Below are positions 46,815-57,379 of a DNA stretch of 64,000 bases, piece by piece. A program made the translations under genes and the position numbers. The stretch is from Stellaceae bacterium (GTDB lineage: Bacteria; Pseudomonadota; Alphaproteobacteria; ATCC43930; CGMCC-115725): contig DATMLF010000147.1 in assembly GCA_035570595.1 (NCBI GenBank), positions 852-64,851 on the forward strand, read 5' to 3'. Positions within the stretch are counted from its first letter, which is position 1; each line of letters begins with the position of its first letter. The notes beneath the pieces are model-generated. The model was not told where the DNA came from and ran no database searches. It was given only the letters and a program-made list of their open reading frames with translations.

Positions 46815-47609
46815 TTACCGTCCTTTAAAGACGGGTTTGCGTTTTTCGTTAAACGACGCAATGCCTTCGCGGCGGTCCTCGGTCGGGACCATGCGGTTGT
46901 AGGCCTCGATTTCGAGCATCATGCCGCTCGCCAGGTCCATTTGCAGCCCATAATGGATCGCGTGCTTGGCCTGGCGCACCGAGATCGGCGCGTTGTCGGC
47001 GATCCGGCGGGCGGTTTCGATCGCTTCCTCGACGACTTTCCCCGGCGCGCACAGCCGGTTGACCATGCCCCACTCATACGCGTCCTGCGCGGTGAACGGG
47101 CGCCCGGTCAGGATAATTTCCTTGGCGCGGCGCTCGCCGACCGCCCGCGGCAGCTGTTGGGTGCCGCCGGCGCCGGGCATGATGCCCAGGGTCACCTCGG
47201 TCAGCGCGAAGCGCGCGCTCTCGGCGGCATAGACAAAGTCGCAGCATAATGCCAGCTCGCAGCCCCCGGCATAGGCGGCACCGTTGACCGCGCCGATCAC
47301 CGGCACCGGGCAGGCGATAAACGCGCGGATCATGCGCTCGAACAGCAGGTGCTGGGCCTGCCATTCGTCGTCGGTCATGCCGTTGCGCTCCTTGAGGTCG
47401 CCGCCGGCGCAAAACGCGCGTTCGCCCGCACCGGTCAGGACAATAGAACGCGCCTGCGCTGGGGCGGCGTTGACCGCGTCGAAAAAGGCGAGCAGGTCCT
47501 GGCCCATCTGGGTGTTGAGCGCGTTTGCGACCTGCGGCCGGTTCAGGGTCAGCAGCACGAGCCCGTCGCCATGGTCCTCGGCCCGTATCGTCGCGAATTC
47601 GCGGTTCAT
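46815..47609 (-). CDS. Enoyl-CoA hydratase/isomerase (crotonase) family
   Basis: LNRPQVANALN, FCAGGDLKE, and GGCELALCCD motifs. Confidence 0.9.
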   Translation of the reverse strand: MNREFATIRAEDHGDGLVLLTLNRPQVANALNTQMGQDLLAFFDAVNAAPAQARSIVLTGAGERAFCAGGDLKERNGMTDDEWQAQHLLFERMIRAFIACPVPVIGAVNGAAYAGGCELALCCDFVYAAESARFALTEVTLGIMPGAGGTQQLPRAVGERRAKEIILTGRPFTAQDAYEWGMVNRLCAPGKVVEEAIETARRIADNAPISVRQAKHAIHYGLQMDLASGMMLEIEAYNRMVPTEDRREGIASFNEKRKPVFKGR

Positions 47610-47731
47610 CGCTCGTTTCTCCCACAAATCTGCCCTCGTCTCGACCATAGCACGCCACCGAGCCGCGGGATCGCAGCCGGGGCTGGGCTACCGTTCAAGT
47701 CTGCATTCAAATTTTCACCCCCTCCGTAGTT

Positions 47732-47818
47732 GTCATGGCCGGACTTGTTCCGGCCATCCACGCGCCCGGATCGGGGGCGCAGAAGGGCGTGGATCACCGG
47801 GACGAGCCCGGTGATGAC
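47732..47818. repeat. REP-like palindrome, family A
   Basis: Arms GTCATGGCCGGACTTGTTCCGGCCATCCACGCG / GGCGTGGATCACCGGGACGAGCCCGGTGATGAC. Confidence 0.85.
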
Positions 47819-47904
47819 GACCAAGGGGGTGTGGCCGGGATCGCGTGCCGGTGGCGGACCGGGTCTGATATAGTCCCGACGGTGCGGCGGCAGGCGGGGC
47901 GGCA

Positions 47905-48408
47905 ATGCAGACGGTCGATTTGGCAATTCAGACGGTCGACTTGAATGTGAACGGGCGGAGGGTCAGCGTCGCCGCGGACGGCGACACGCCGCTGCTCGAC
48001 GTGCTGCGCAACCATCTCGGCCTGATGGGGACGAAGTTCGGCTGCGGGCTCGAGCAATGCGGCTGCTGCATGGTGCTGGTCGATGGGCAGCCCGAGAAAT
48101 CCTGCGGCAAGGCATTGTCGACGCTCGCCGGCCGCGACATCGTCACGATCGAGGGGCTGGGCACGCGCGAGCGGCCGCACCCGCTGCAACAGGCGTTTCT
48201 CGACGAGCAGGCCGGCCAGTGCGGCTACTGCCTTGCCGGCATCCTGATCTCGGCCAAGGCGTTGCTCGACCGCAACCTGTCGCCCACGCGCCGTGAGGTC
48301 GCCGCGGCGCTCGACGACAACATCTGCCGCTGCGGCAGCCACCACCGCATCCTGCGCGCGGTGATGCTGGCCGCCGAGCGGATGCGCGAGACAGGAGGCT
48401 CGCAATGA
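47905..48408 (+). CDS. (2Fe-2S)-binding small subunit of a molybdenum hydroxylase (IorA/aldehyde-oxidoreductase type)
   Basis: GCGLEQCGCCMV and QCGYCLAG...CRCG cluster motifs. Confidence 0.9.
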   Translation: MQTVDLAIQTVDLNVNGRRVSVAADGDTPLLDVLRNHLGLMGTKFGCGLEQCGCCMVLVDGQPEKSCGKALSTLAGRDIVTIEGLGTRERPHPLQQAFLDEQAGQCGYCLAGILISAKALLDRNLSPTRREVAAALDDNICRCGSHHRILRAVMLAAERMRETGGSQ

Positions 48409-50537
48409 CCGCCGCCGCATCAGCGCCGTTGCCGCCGCTGCTCGCCGCCAATCCGCGCCTCGACCAATGGGTCGGGTTCGACGAGCCCGGGCGGGTCCGG
48501 GTGTCCACCGGCCGGGTCGAGATTGGCCAGGGGGTCCTGACCGCGATGCGGCAGATCGCGGCCGAGGAGCTCGACGTCTTGCCCGGGCGCATCGTGCTGC
48601 GGTCGGGCGACACCGAGCTGACCCCGAACGAGGGCTACACCGCGGGCAGCCAGTCGATCCAGTTCGGCGGCGTCGCGTTGCGCCTAGCATGCGCCGAGGT
48701 GCGCTCATTGTTCCTCGACCGTGCCGCCCTCGACCTCGGCTGCCCGCGCGCCGAGCTCGCGGTGCATGACGGCGCCGTTATCCGCAACGGTGAGCCGACC
48801 GGGGAGGATTACTGGTCGCTCGCCGCCGCGGTCGACCTCGGGCGGCACGCCACCGGCCGGGCACCGCTCAAGCAATCGGGCGATTTCCGCGTCGTCGGCC
48901 ACAGCGCACCGCGCGTCGACCTCGGCGCCAAGGTGTTCGGCGAGCCGGTCTTTCTTCACGACATGGCGCTCGACGGCACATTGCACGCCCGCGTCGTCCG
49001 CCAGCCGCGGCGCGGCGCCACGATCGGGGCGGTCGACGAGGCGGCGTTGCGGCGCGCGGCGACGGGACCGATCGAAATCATCCGCGACGGCAACTTCCTC
49101 GCGATCGCGGGTGCCGACGAAACCGTCGTCGACAGGGCGGCGGCGGTCGCGCCGGGCCACGTCGTGTGGGACGGTGTGGATGCCATCAACCCGTTTCAGG
49201 AAGAGGCGCGCTGGCTGCTGCAGCAGCCGTCGCTCGACCGCGTCGTCGGCGCCGAGCCGCCAGCGGCCCCGACACCGGCCGCAAGCCGCTACGAGGCGAC
49301 CTACACCCGCATGCACGTCGCGCACGCCTCGGTGGCACCATCCTGCGGCGTGGCACTTTACCGCGACGGCCGGCTCGAGGTGTGGACGCATTCGCAGGGC
49401 GTCTACCCGTTGCGCGCCGCACTCGCCCGCACCTTGAAGCTCGATCCGGCGGCGATCTCGGTCAGGCATGTGCAGGGGCCCGGCTGCTACGGCCACAACG
49501 GCGCCGACGACGCGGCGGCGGACGCCGCTGTCATCGCGATGCGGATGCCGGGACAGCCGGTGCGGGTGCGCTGGCGGCGCGAGGAGGAGTTCGGTTTCGA
49601 GCCGGTCAGCCCGGCGATGGTGGTGACGGCGCAGGCCGCCCTCGACGAGGCCGGCCGCCCGGCCGACTGGACGACCGAGATCTGGAGCGGCCGGCATTCG
49701 AGCCGCCCAGGGGGCGGCGGGAACCTGCTCGCCGCCGAGGCATTGCCCAACCCGCCGGAGGTGCCGCCCGCGACCGAGTCGTCCGACCCGCCGGGTGCCG
49801 GCACGCGCAACGGCGAGCCGCTTTACGGCTTTGCGGCAAAGCGCATCGTCCATCACCTGATCCCGGAGACCCCGGTGCGGACCTCGTCCTTGCGCGGGCT
49901 CGGCGCCACGCTCAACGTGTTCGCGATCGAGTCGGCGATGGACGAGCTCGCCGAGCGTGCCGGCGAAGACCCGGTGGCCTACCGGCTGTCGGTATTGCCC
50001 GATGAGCGGGCGCGCCGGGTCGTCGAGCGGGTGGCGCAAATGTGCGGCTGGCGGGCCGGGCTGCCGGCCGGCAGCGGCCATGGCCGCGGGATCGGCTTTG
50101 CCCGCTACAAGAACATGGCCGCCTATGCCGCGGTCGTCGCCGCGGTCGAGGTCGACGAAGAGGTGCGACTGACCGAGGTGTGGTGCGCGTGCGACGCCGG
50201 GCTTGTCGTCAACCCCGACGGGGCAAAGAACCAGCTCGAAGGCGGCATCATCCAGGCCGCGAGCTGGGCATTGAAGGAGGGGGTGCGGCTCGACGGCGCC
50301 GGCATCAGCTCGCGCGACTGGGAGGGCTACCCGGTGCTGCGCTTTACCGAGGTGCCGGAAATCGCCGTCGACCTCGTCGAGCCGTTGACGGACCTGCCGC
50401 CGCTCGGCATCGGCGAGGCGTCGGGCGGCCCGACCGTCGCCGCGATCGGCAACGCGGTCGCGCACGCGCTCGGCGCGCGCCTCTACGACCTGCCGCTGAC
50501 CCGCGAACGAGTCATGGCTGCGCTGCTGAAAACGTAG
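48405..50537 (+). CDS. Molybdopterin-binding large subunit of a molybdenum hydroxylase (IorB-like)
   Basis: 710 aa. Start overlaps the upstream stop (ATGA). EIGQGVLTAM, GCYGHNGADD, and GIGEASGGPT regions. Confidence 0.85.
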   Translation: MTAAASAPLPPLLAANPRLDQWVGFDEPGRVRVSTGRVEIGQGVLTAMRQIAAEELDVLPGRIVLRSGDTELTPNEGYTAGSQSIQFGGVALRLACAEVRSLFLDRAALDLGCPRAELAVHDGAVIRNGEPTGEDYWSLAAAVDLGRHATGRAPLKQSGDFRVVGHSAPRVDLGAKVFGEPVFLHDMALDGTLHARVVRQPRRGATIGAVDEAALRRAATGPIEIIRDGNFLAIAGADETVVDRAAAVAPGHVVWDGVDAINPFQEEARWLLQQPSLDRVVGAEPPAAPTPAASRYEATYTRMHVAHASVAPSCGVALYRDGRLEVWTHSQGVYPLRAALARTLKLDPAAISVRHVQGPGCYGHNGADDAAADAAVIAMRMPGQPVRVRWRREEEFGFEPVSPAMVVTAQAALDEAGRPADWTTEIWSGRHSSRPGGGGNLLAAEALPNPPEVPPATESSDPPGAGTRNGEPLYGFAAKRIVHHLIPETPVRTSSLRGLGATLNVFAIESAMDELAERAGEDPVAYRLSVLPDERARRVVERVAQMCGWRAGLPAGSGHGRGIGFARYKNMAAYAAVVAAVEVDEEVRLTEVWCACDAGLVVNPDGAKNQLEGGIIQAASWALKEGVRLDGAGISSRDWEGYPVLRFTEVPEIAVDLVEPLTDLPPLGIGEASGGPTVAAIGNAVAHALGARLYDLPLTRERVMAALLKT

Positions 50538-50733
50538 CTCCGAGCCGCATTCGCCTCGCGTTCGCAGCGAAAATCCGGCGCTGACAGCCCCTTTCGCGGG
50601 AAAATCGGGTGCTCGCGCCCCTCTCGCCCAGCGAGATGGTGACGGCCGAGGCTGGTTGCGAGGGCCGCGAAAAGGCGAGACGATAATCGGCGCGGACCCG
50701 AGAATCCGCGGAATGTCGGTGAAGGAACACCCC

Positions 50734-52311
50734 ATGAAATACGACGTGGTGATCGTCGGCGGCGGCGCCGCCGGATCGGTGCTGGCCGGCCGATTGGCGG
50801 CAGACGCGGACACCTCCGTGCTGTTGCTGGAAGCGGGGCCGGATTACCCGAATCCCGCCCATCTTCCCGACGACGTCAAATACGGCCACACCCGTTTTGC
50901 CGAAGCCCCGGACTCGATCCACAACTGGGCGTTGCGGGGCACGATCACCGAGGAGCAAGGGCAGATCCACGTCGCGCAAGGCAAGGTGATCGGCGGCGGG
51001 TCGTCGATCAACGGCCAGGCGATGCAGCGGGGATTTCCCGAGGACTACGATTCCTGGGCGGCTCTCGGCAACGACGAGTGGTCGTACGACAAGGTCGTGG
51101 CGTACTTTCGCAAGTCGGAGCGCGATCTCGACATTCAGGATAATTATTGCCACGGCTCGGACGGGCCGATTCCGGTCAGGCGCCGCCAGACAGGCCCCAC
51201 CCCCGCGATCCAGCAGGCGTTCCATGCGGCGTGCCTGGAGGCCGGGTTCGGCACCACCAACGACAAGAATGGCCTGCACCCCGCCGGCCTGGGCATAACA
51301 CCGTCGAACAACATCGACGGCGTCCGAGTAAGCACCGCGATGGGGCATCTCGATCCGGTGCGCCACCATCTGAACCTGACGGTGCGGGGCGCCGTGTTCG
51401 TCCGCAAGATCCTGATCGAGGATGGCAAGGCGGTCGGTGTCGAAGCCGAAAGCGGCGGCAAGGTGTTCCGCGTGGCGGCCGGCCGGGTGGTGCTGAGCGC
51501 CGGCGCGATCCGGTCGCCGCATCTGCTGATGCTCTCGGGCATCGGCCCCGCCGACCACCTGCGCGAGCACGGGATACCGACGGTTCAGCATCTCCCCGGC
51601 GTCGGGCAGAACCTGATGAACCACCTCAGCGCTCAGACGACTTTCAAGGTAAGGGACGGCGTCTCGCTCGAAATGCATCGCGATGCAGCGCATTTTGCCT
51701 TGCACTACACCGCCGAAGGATCGAGCGCCGTCAACGACATGGTGCTGCGGTCCAGCCCGGTTGTCGACGAGCGAGAGGAACGTGTCCGCGGTGTGCGGAC
51801 CAAGTACCTGGTCGGCGATGTCCCCCCCGAGCGGGCGGCGCGGATTCACTGCACGCTCGGGTTGCCCGATGGCACGGGGTACGTCCGGCTGGCCTCGGCC
51901 GACCCCGGCGTCCAGCCGTCCTTCAACTACTGCTATCTCCAGCATCCAAACGACATTCGACGGGTACGGGACGGCGTGCGGCTAGCGGCGAAACTGCTGG
52001 AATCCGCCCCCTACAAAGACGTGGCCGACTACCGGATCAACCCGACGGACGACATCCTGGCCAATGACGACGCGCTGGACCGCTGGATACGCCAGACCGT
52101 GGGCACGGCGCGGCACGTCTCCGGGACCTGCAAGATGGGGCCGGACGCCGATCCGATGGCGGTCGTCGATCAATACTGCCGCGTCAAGGGCATCCAAGGG
52201 TTGTGGGTGGCCGACGCGTCGATCATGCCGCGCGTCCCCCGCTCGGGCGGCGCCCATGCGACGGTAATCATGATCGGCGAACGCGTCGTCGACTGGATCG
52301 CGGCAGGCTAA
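50734..52311 (+). CDS. GMC family FAD oxidoreductase (choline-dehydrogenase-like)
   Basis: YDVVIVGGGAAGSVLAGRLA, GKVIGGGSSINGQ, and a C-terminal HVSGTCKMG...VADASIMP. Confidence 0.9.
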   Translation: MKYDVVIVGGGAAGSVLAGRLAADADTSVLLLEAGPDYPNPAHLPDDVKYGHTRFAEAPDSIHNWALRGTITEEQGQIHVAQGKVIGGGSSINGQAMQRGFPEDYDSWAALGNDEWSYDKVVAYFRKSERDLDIQDNYCHGSDGPIPVRRRQTGPTPAIQQAFHAACLEAGFGTTNDKNGLHPAGLGITPSNNIDGVRVSTAMGHLDPVRHHLNLTVRGAVFVRKILIEDGKAVGVEAESGGKVFRVAAGRVVLSAGAIRSPHLLMLSGIGPADHLREHGIPTVQHLPGVGQNLMNHLSAQTTFKVRDGVSLEMHRDAAHFALHYTAEGSSAVNDMVLRSSPVVDEREERVRGVRTKYLVGDVPPERAARIHCTLGLPDGTGYVRLASADPGVQPSFNYCYLQHPNDIRRVRDGVRLAAKLLESAPYKDVADYRINPTDDILANDDALDRWIRQTVGTARHVSGTCKMGPDADPMAVVDQYCRVKGIQGLWVADASIMPRVPRSGGAHATVIMIGERVVDWIAAG

Positions 52312-52350
52312 AGAACGTATCCTGCCCCCCGAGCTCGCGCGTCGGATCGG

Positions 52351-55300
52351 TTACGACACCTGCGCGAGCTCGCGGCTGCGGGTCGACTGCGCCGCGGCGA
52401 GATGGTCCTTCGCCAAAACCGTGTAGACGGCGGGCAGCACGAACAACGTGAACAAGGTCCCGATCGACATGCCGGCGACGACCACGACGCCGATCGAGAA
52501 CCGGCTCGCCGCACCGGCGCCGCTCGCCCTCAGCAACGGGATCAGGCCGACGACCATCGCCGCCGTCGTCATCAGGATCGGGCGCAGCCGCACTCGTGCC
52601 GCCTGCTCGATCGCGCGCCGCCGGTCGAGGCGTTCGCTGACCTGCAATTCGTTGGCGAACGCGACCATCAGGATGCCGTGCTTGCTGATCAGCCCGATCA
52701 GGGTCACGAGCCCGACCTGGGTGTAGATGTTCATCGAGGCGAGACCAAAAAACAGCGGCATCATCGCCCCGCAGATCGACATCGGCACGCTGACCAGGAT
52801 CACCAGCGGGTCGCGCAGGCTTTCGAACTGGGCCGCCAGCACCAGGAAGATGACAATCAGGGCAAAGATAAAGGTAACCGCGAGCTGGTTGCCTTCTTTT
52901 ACATAAAGCCGCGTGTCCGACAGATAATCGTGGCTGAAGCCGGTGGGGAGGTTCTTTACCTGCTGCTCGAGGAAGTCTACGGCCTGCCCGGTCGTGACGC
53001 CCGGCATCGGCACCGCCTGGAACGTCGCCGAGTTCAGCTGGTTGTACTGGGTCAGCGCATTGGGCTCGGTGTCCATCGACAAGGTGACAAGGTTCGACAG
53101 CGGCACCGGCTGGCCGGCCGCGGATTTGACGTAGTAGCGGGTCAAGGTGTCGGCCGAAAGTCGGGCGGTCCGCGGGACCTGCGGGATGACCTCGTAGGAG
53201 CGGCCGTTAAGGTTGAACCGGTTGACATAATTCTCGCCGACCAGCAGCGCCAGCGTGTCGCCGATCGACTGCATCGAGATGCCGAGGTCGCTCGCCTTCG
53301 AGCGGTCGATCTTGACGTGGATCACCGGCTGGTTAAACGCGAGGTCGCTGTCGACGACGATAAACATGCCGCTCTTGCGCGCCGCCGCCTTGATCTTTTC
53401 CATTTGCAGATAGATCGACTTGTAGTCGGCGGGCGCGTAAATCACCATCTGGATCGGCAACCCGCCGATCGTCGCCGGGAGCGGCGGCAACGAAAACACA
53501 AAGGCGCTGAGCCCTTCGACGCTGCTGACCTTTTGCTGCACCAGCGGCTTCAGCTGCTGCGCCGAGCGGGCGCGCTCGCCCCACGGCTTCAGGATGACGC
53601 CGGCGATGCCCTGATTGGGCCCCGGGTTGCCGTTGACGATAAAGCGCAGATAGGTTTCGGGAAGCGATTTCAGCGCCTGGTCGAGCTTCACGTCGTAAGC
53701 ATCGGCATAATCGAGATTGGAGTATTGCGGCGCCTTGGTCACCGCAAACAGCACACCCTGATCCTCCTCGGGGGCGAGCTCGGAGCTCGTGTGCAGATAC
53801 ATGAAGACGAGGCTGGCCAGCACCGCGGCGCCGAACAGCGCGGTCACCGGCCGATAGTCAAGCGAGCGCTCGAGGCGCCGGCCGTACCATTCGGCAAGGC
53901 GCGAAAAGACCCGGTCGATCACGCTCACAAAACGGCCGTGCAGCATCTCGCGGGAGAGCAGCAACGAGCACATCATCGGCGACAGGGTCACCGCGACGAT
54001 GCCCGAGATGATCACCGCGCCCGCCAACGTGAACGCGAACTCGCGGAACAACGCGCCGGTGACCCCACCGAGAAAGCCGATCGGGGCGTAGACCGCGGCC
54101 AAGGTCAGGGTCATCGCGATCACCGGGCCGGCGATCTCGCGCGCCCCGATCAGCGCCGCCTGCGCCGGGGTGCGGCCCTGCTCGATATGACGGTAGACGT
54201 TTTCGACGACGACGATCGCATCGTCGACGACGAGCCCGATCGCCAGCACCATCGCCAGCAGGGTCAACAGGTTCAGGCTGAACCCGAGCGCCGCCATGAT
54301 CATCCCGGCGCCCACCAGCGACAGCGGGATCGTCACGATCGGGATCACCACCGCCCGGAAGCTGCCGAGGAACAGGAAAATCACGATGACGACGATGACG
54401 ACCGCCGAGCCGAGCGAGGATTTGACCTCGTCGATCGATGCCTGGATGAATTTTGTCGAGTCGTAGGCGACCTGCATCTGGACCGCGGGCGGCAGGTTGC
54501 GCTGGAGCTCCGGCAGCAAGTCGCGCACGCCCTTTACGAGGGTCAGAGGGTTGCCCGACGGGGTCGCCTGGATGCCGATGAACACCGCGTGCTGGCCGTT
54601 CATCATCACGCTCGAGGTCCAGCTCTGCGCCGCGAGGTCAACGGTCGCGATGTCGCCCATCCGCACCAGAGCGCCGCTCTTCGCCTTGACCACCATGTTG
54701 CGGAACTGGTCGACGTCGGTCAGGCCGGTATTGGTGCTGACGTTGGTGACGGTGTAAAAGCCCTTCGCCTGGCCCGGGGCCGCCTGGTAGTTGTTGGCCT
54801 GGATTGCCGCCGCGACGTCGCTCGCCGAAATGCCGCGCGCCGCCATCCGCGCCGGGTCGAGCCACAGCCGCATCGCAAAAACCTGGCCGCCGAGAATGTC
54901 GGCCGAGGCGACGCCCGGCACCGTGTCGAGCAACGGCTGCACGACGCGGGTCAGATAGTCCGAGATCGCGGCGCTCGACAGCTCGTTGCTGGAGAACCCG
55001 ATATACATGACGTCGGTCGTCTGGCCCGTCGCCTTGACGATGATCGGGTCCTCGGCCGCGGTCGGCATCAAATACTTGACCTGCTGCACCTTGGCCATGA
55101 CCTCGGTCAGCGCCTTGTCCGGGTCGAAGTCGAGCTGGATGTAGGCGGTGATCGTGCTCGTGCCCTGGACCGACGACGAGGTCAGGTAATCGACCCCCTC
55201 GGCGGTCGCGATCGCCTGCGCCAACGGCGTCGTGATAAAGCCCTGCATCAGGTCCGGGTCGGCGCCGGGATAGGTCGTGGTGACGGTGATCGTCGTGTTG

Positions 55301-55419
55301 GACAGCTTGGGGTATTGCCGGATCGGCAGACCCAGCATCGCCCGCAAGCCGATCAGCAGGATCAGCAGGCTGACGACCAGCGCCAACACCGGGCGCCGGA
55401 TAAAGAGGTCGGTGAACAT
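52351..55419 (-). CDS. RND multidrug efflux permease (AcrB/MdtB family)
   Basis: MFTDLFIRRPVLA N-terminus, 12-TM/2-loop layout, and VVDDAIVVVEN. Confidence 0.95.
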   Translation of the reverse strand: MFTDLFIRRPVLALVVSLLILLIGLRAMLGLPIRQYPKLSNTTITVTTTYPGADPDLMQGFITTPLAQAIATAEGVDYLTSSSVQGTSTITAYIQLDFDPDKALTEVMAKVQQVKYLMPTAAEDPIIVKATGQTTDVMYIGFSSNELSSAAISDYLTRVVQPLLDTVPGVASADILGGQVFAMRLWLDPARMAARGISASDVAAAIQANNYQAAPGQAKGFYTVTNVSTNTGLTDVDQFRNMVVKAKSGALVRMGDIATVDLAAQSWTSSVMMNGQHAVFIGIQATPSGNPLTLVKGVRDLLPELQRNLPPAVQMQVAYDSTKFIQASIDEVKSSLGSAVVIVVIVIFLFLGSFRAVVIPIVTIPLSLVGAGMIMAALGFSLNLLTLLAMVLAIGLVVDDAIVVVENVYRHIEQGRTPAQAALIGAREIAGPVIAMTLTLAAVYAPIGFLGGVTGALFREFAFTLAGAVIISGIVAVTLSPMMCSLLLSREMLHGRFVSVIDRVFSRLAEWYGRRLERSLDYRPVTALFGAAVLASLVFMYLHTSSELAPEEDQGVLFAVTKAPQYSNLDYADAYDVKLDQALKSLPETYLRFIVNGNPGPNQGIAGVILKPWGERARSAQQLKPLVQQKVSSVEGLSAFVFSLPPLPATIGGLPIQMVIYAPADYKSIYLQMEKIKAAARKSGMFIVVDSDLAFNQPVIHVKIDRSKASDLGISMQSIGDTLALLVGENYVNRFNLNGRSYEVIPQVPRTARLSADTLTRYYVKSAAGQPVPLSNLVTLSMDTEPNALTQYNQLNSATFQAVPMPGVTTGQAVDFLEQQVKNLPTGFSHDYLSDTRLYVKEGNQLAVTFIFALIVIFLVLAAQFESLRDPLVILVSVPMSICGAMMPLFFGLASMNIYTQVGLVTLIGLISKHGILMVAFANELQVSERLDRRRAIEQAARVRLRPILMTTAAMVVGLIPLLRASGAGAASRFSIGVVVVAGMSIGTLFTLFVLPAVYTVLAKDHLAAAQSTRSRELAQVS

Positions 55420-55439
55420 GAAGCCAGGTCCGAGCCGGG

Positions 55440-56663
55440 TCAGTGCAGGGTCGGGTGCTGCGGCGGTTGCGGCGGCGGAGCGCCGCTGATCGCGACCTGC
55501 ACGCCGCTTTGCAGCTTGACCTGCCCCGCGGCGACAACCCGCTCCCCGGGCTTCAGGCCGGACAGGATCGCGACCTTGCCGCCCCATCGCGAGCCGGTCT
55601 TTACCGGCGTTCTGATTGCGCGCAGCACCGGATGCCCGCTGGCATCCTTGCCGTCGTCCTTGATCACATAGACGCTGTCGCCGTAGAGCGTGTATTCGAC
55701 CGCGGTCTCGGGCACAACCATCGTGTCGGGACGCGTCGGCAGCACGACCGCGGCGTCGACAAACATCCCGGGCAACAGCGCGTTGCCGGGGTTGCTCATT
55801 GTCGCCTGAACCTCCATCGTGCGCGTGTCGGAGCTGACCTGCGGCTCGATCGTCGTGACTTTCGCGTCAAACACGCGGCCGGGGAAGGCGTCGGCGGTGA
55901 CGTTGACGCGCTGTCCGACGGAAATCTCCGGCCGCAGATGCGAGGCCAGCGTGAAGTTGACGTAGAGGGTCGACAGATCGGTCAACGTCACGATCGGGGC
56001 CCCGGCCGTCAAATACTGGCCGAGGTCGATCTGACGCACGCCCAACTGCCCGGAGAATGGCGCCCGGATCAGCTTTTGCGCGATGATCGCGTCGGTCTTT
56101 TGGATCATCGCGTCCATCTGCGCGAGCTGGCTCTGGTTCTGGTCGACCGTCTCCTGCGAGGCGAAGTCGTTTTTGCGCAGCGACTGCGAGCGCTGCAGCG
56201 AAATCGCGGCCAACCGCGCCTGCGCCTGGTAATTGGCGAGGTCGCCGCGGTCAGGGGCGTCGTTCAGCTGCACCAGCGGGTCGCCGGCCTTCACCATCGT
56301 GCCCGGCTGGAAAAATATGTTGGTGACCCGGCCAGCCACTTCCGGGTTGATCGTCACCTGATGGACGGCGACGAGCGAGCCGATCCCCGGCGCATATCGC
56401 GGCAGGTTTTGCACCTGGACGCCGATGGCGCTGATCTGTGCCGGGGGCGGCTTGTTGTGCGCGAAGAAATTCGCGATCGCCTGGGTACGGAAGCGGTTGA
56501 ACTGGTAAATCCCGCCCAGCACCACCACGAGCAGGAGCCCGACGATCACGAACCAGCGCACGACCTTTGGTCTGGGCGTGGCGGCTCGCTCGCGCTCGAC
56601 ATGCCCGCGCGACGCCTGCGCGCGCGGGGCGGCCCCGATATCGGCCATCTGGTCACCGTCCAT
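55440..56663 (-). CDS. RND efflux periplasmic adaptor (MFP)
   Basis: ATG 56663 after GGGGAGAATTC. N-terminal TM segment, then lipoyl/beta-barrel hairpin pattern (AGRVTNIFFQPGTMVKAGDPLVQL). Confidence 0.9.
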   Translation of the reverse strand: MDGDQMADIGAAPRAQASRGHVERERAATPRPKVVRWFVIVGLLLVVVLGGIYQFNRFRTQAIANFFAHNKPPPAQISAIGVQVQNLPRYAPGIGSLVAVHQVTINPEVAGRVTNIFFQPGTMVKAGDPLVQLNDAPDRGDLANYQAQARLAAISLQRSQSLRKNDFASQETVDQNQSQLAQMDAMIQKTDAIIAQKLIRAPFSGQLGVRQIDLGQYLTAGAPIVTLTDLSTLYVNFTLASHLRPEISVGQRVNVTADAFPGRVFDAKVTTIEPQVSSDTRTMEVQATMSNPGNALLPGMFVDAAVVLPTRPDTMVVPETAVEYTLYGDSVYVIKDDGKDASGHPVLRAIRTPVKTGSRWGGKVAILSGLKPGERVVAAGQVKLQSGVQVAISGAPPPQPPQHPTLH

Positions 56664-56676
56664 GAATTCTCCCCTA

Positions 56677-57369
56677 TCAGGGCGGCGGAAGCTCGAGCCG
56701 GCTGTCATGCGCAGCGGCCAGCGACGTGGCGATTGCGGCATCGCTCATGCCGACCCCGCGCAGCACAAACCAGCTCGCCTCCTCGACAAGCGATGCGATG
56801 GTCCCCTGATAGGTCAGGCAAGCGCGCGCCGGCAGAAAGACAAAGGCCATCATCGCCGCGACGTGATGGCCAAACCAAAAGACGTTGGCCGCGGCGATCG
56901 GCCCGGCGATCAGGTCGCCGGCCGCGGCCGCGGCCTCGACCGACGCGGCGAACAACGGGTGGACGCGCTCGAAAATCGTTTCGAACAATTCGCGCGCGTA
57001 TTCGCCGTCCTCGAGAAAGCTGTGCAGGACGAGCCGCAGCCGCCAATCGCGTTCGCCCCGGTCGGCCCCGGTCGCCTGCAGAAAATAGCGCACCATGTAA
57101 TGCGTCATGCGGACCAGGGTCAGCGTCGATGGTTCGAGCGACGCCAGCCGCTCGAGCGCCGGGTCGCCCTCGCAGCCGAGCTGCAGTATCTCGCCGTAAA
57201 GATGCTTTTTGCTCGGGAAATGCTTGAACAACAGCGCTTCGGAGATGCTCGCCGCCTCGGCGAGTTCTTTCGTCGTCGTACCGTCAAAGCCCTTGCGGGC
57301 GAACAGCGGGACCGCCGCCGCAACGATCGCTTTGCGGCGCTCGTCGCTGTCCAATCGAGTGAGGGCCAT
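56677..57369 (-). CDS. TetR/AcrR family transcriptional regulator
   Basis: FARKGFDGTTTKELAEAASISEALLFKHF HTH. Stop is 13 nt before the MFP start. Confidence 0.9.
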   Translation of the reverse strand: MALTRLDSDERRKAIVAAAVPLFARKGFDGTTTKELAEAASISEALLFKHFPSKKHLYGEILQLGCEGDPALERLASLEPSTLTLVRMTHYMVRYFLQATGADRGERDWRLRLVLHSFLEDGEYARELFETIFERVHPLFAASVEAAAAAGDLIAGPIAAANVFWFGHHVAAMMAFVFLPARACLTYQGTIASLVEEASWFVLRGVGMSDAAIATSLAAAHDSRLELPPP

Positions 57370-57379
57370 CGCGCGGCAA

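Noticed and set aside
50538-50733. A third copy of REP family C between the IorB-like and GMC genes.
   Set aside because: Only short CGCGAAA-type hairpin motifs are shared, and I could not align it convincingly by eye.
52402-55671. A 1089-aa ORF antisense to the RND permease. Similar long antisense ORFs include 48705-50813, 22141-23826, 26388-27944, 44617-46086, 39216-40703 and 55443-57227.
   Set aside because: They are Arg/Ala/Pro/Gly-rich and low-complexity, with no recognisable domains. Each lies opposite a gene with clear family motifs. This is the expected stop-codon-poor artefact of very GC-rich DNA.
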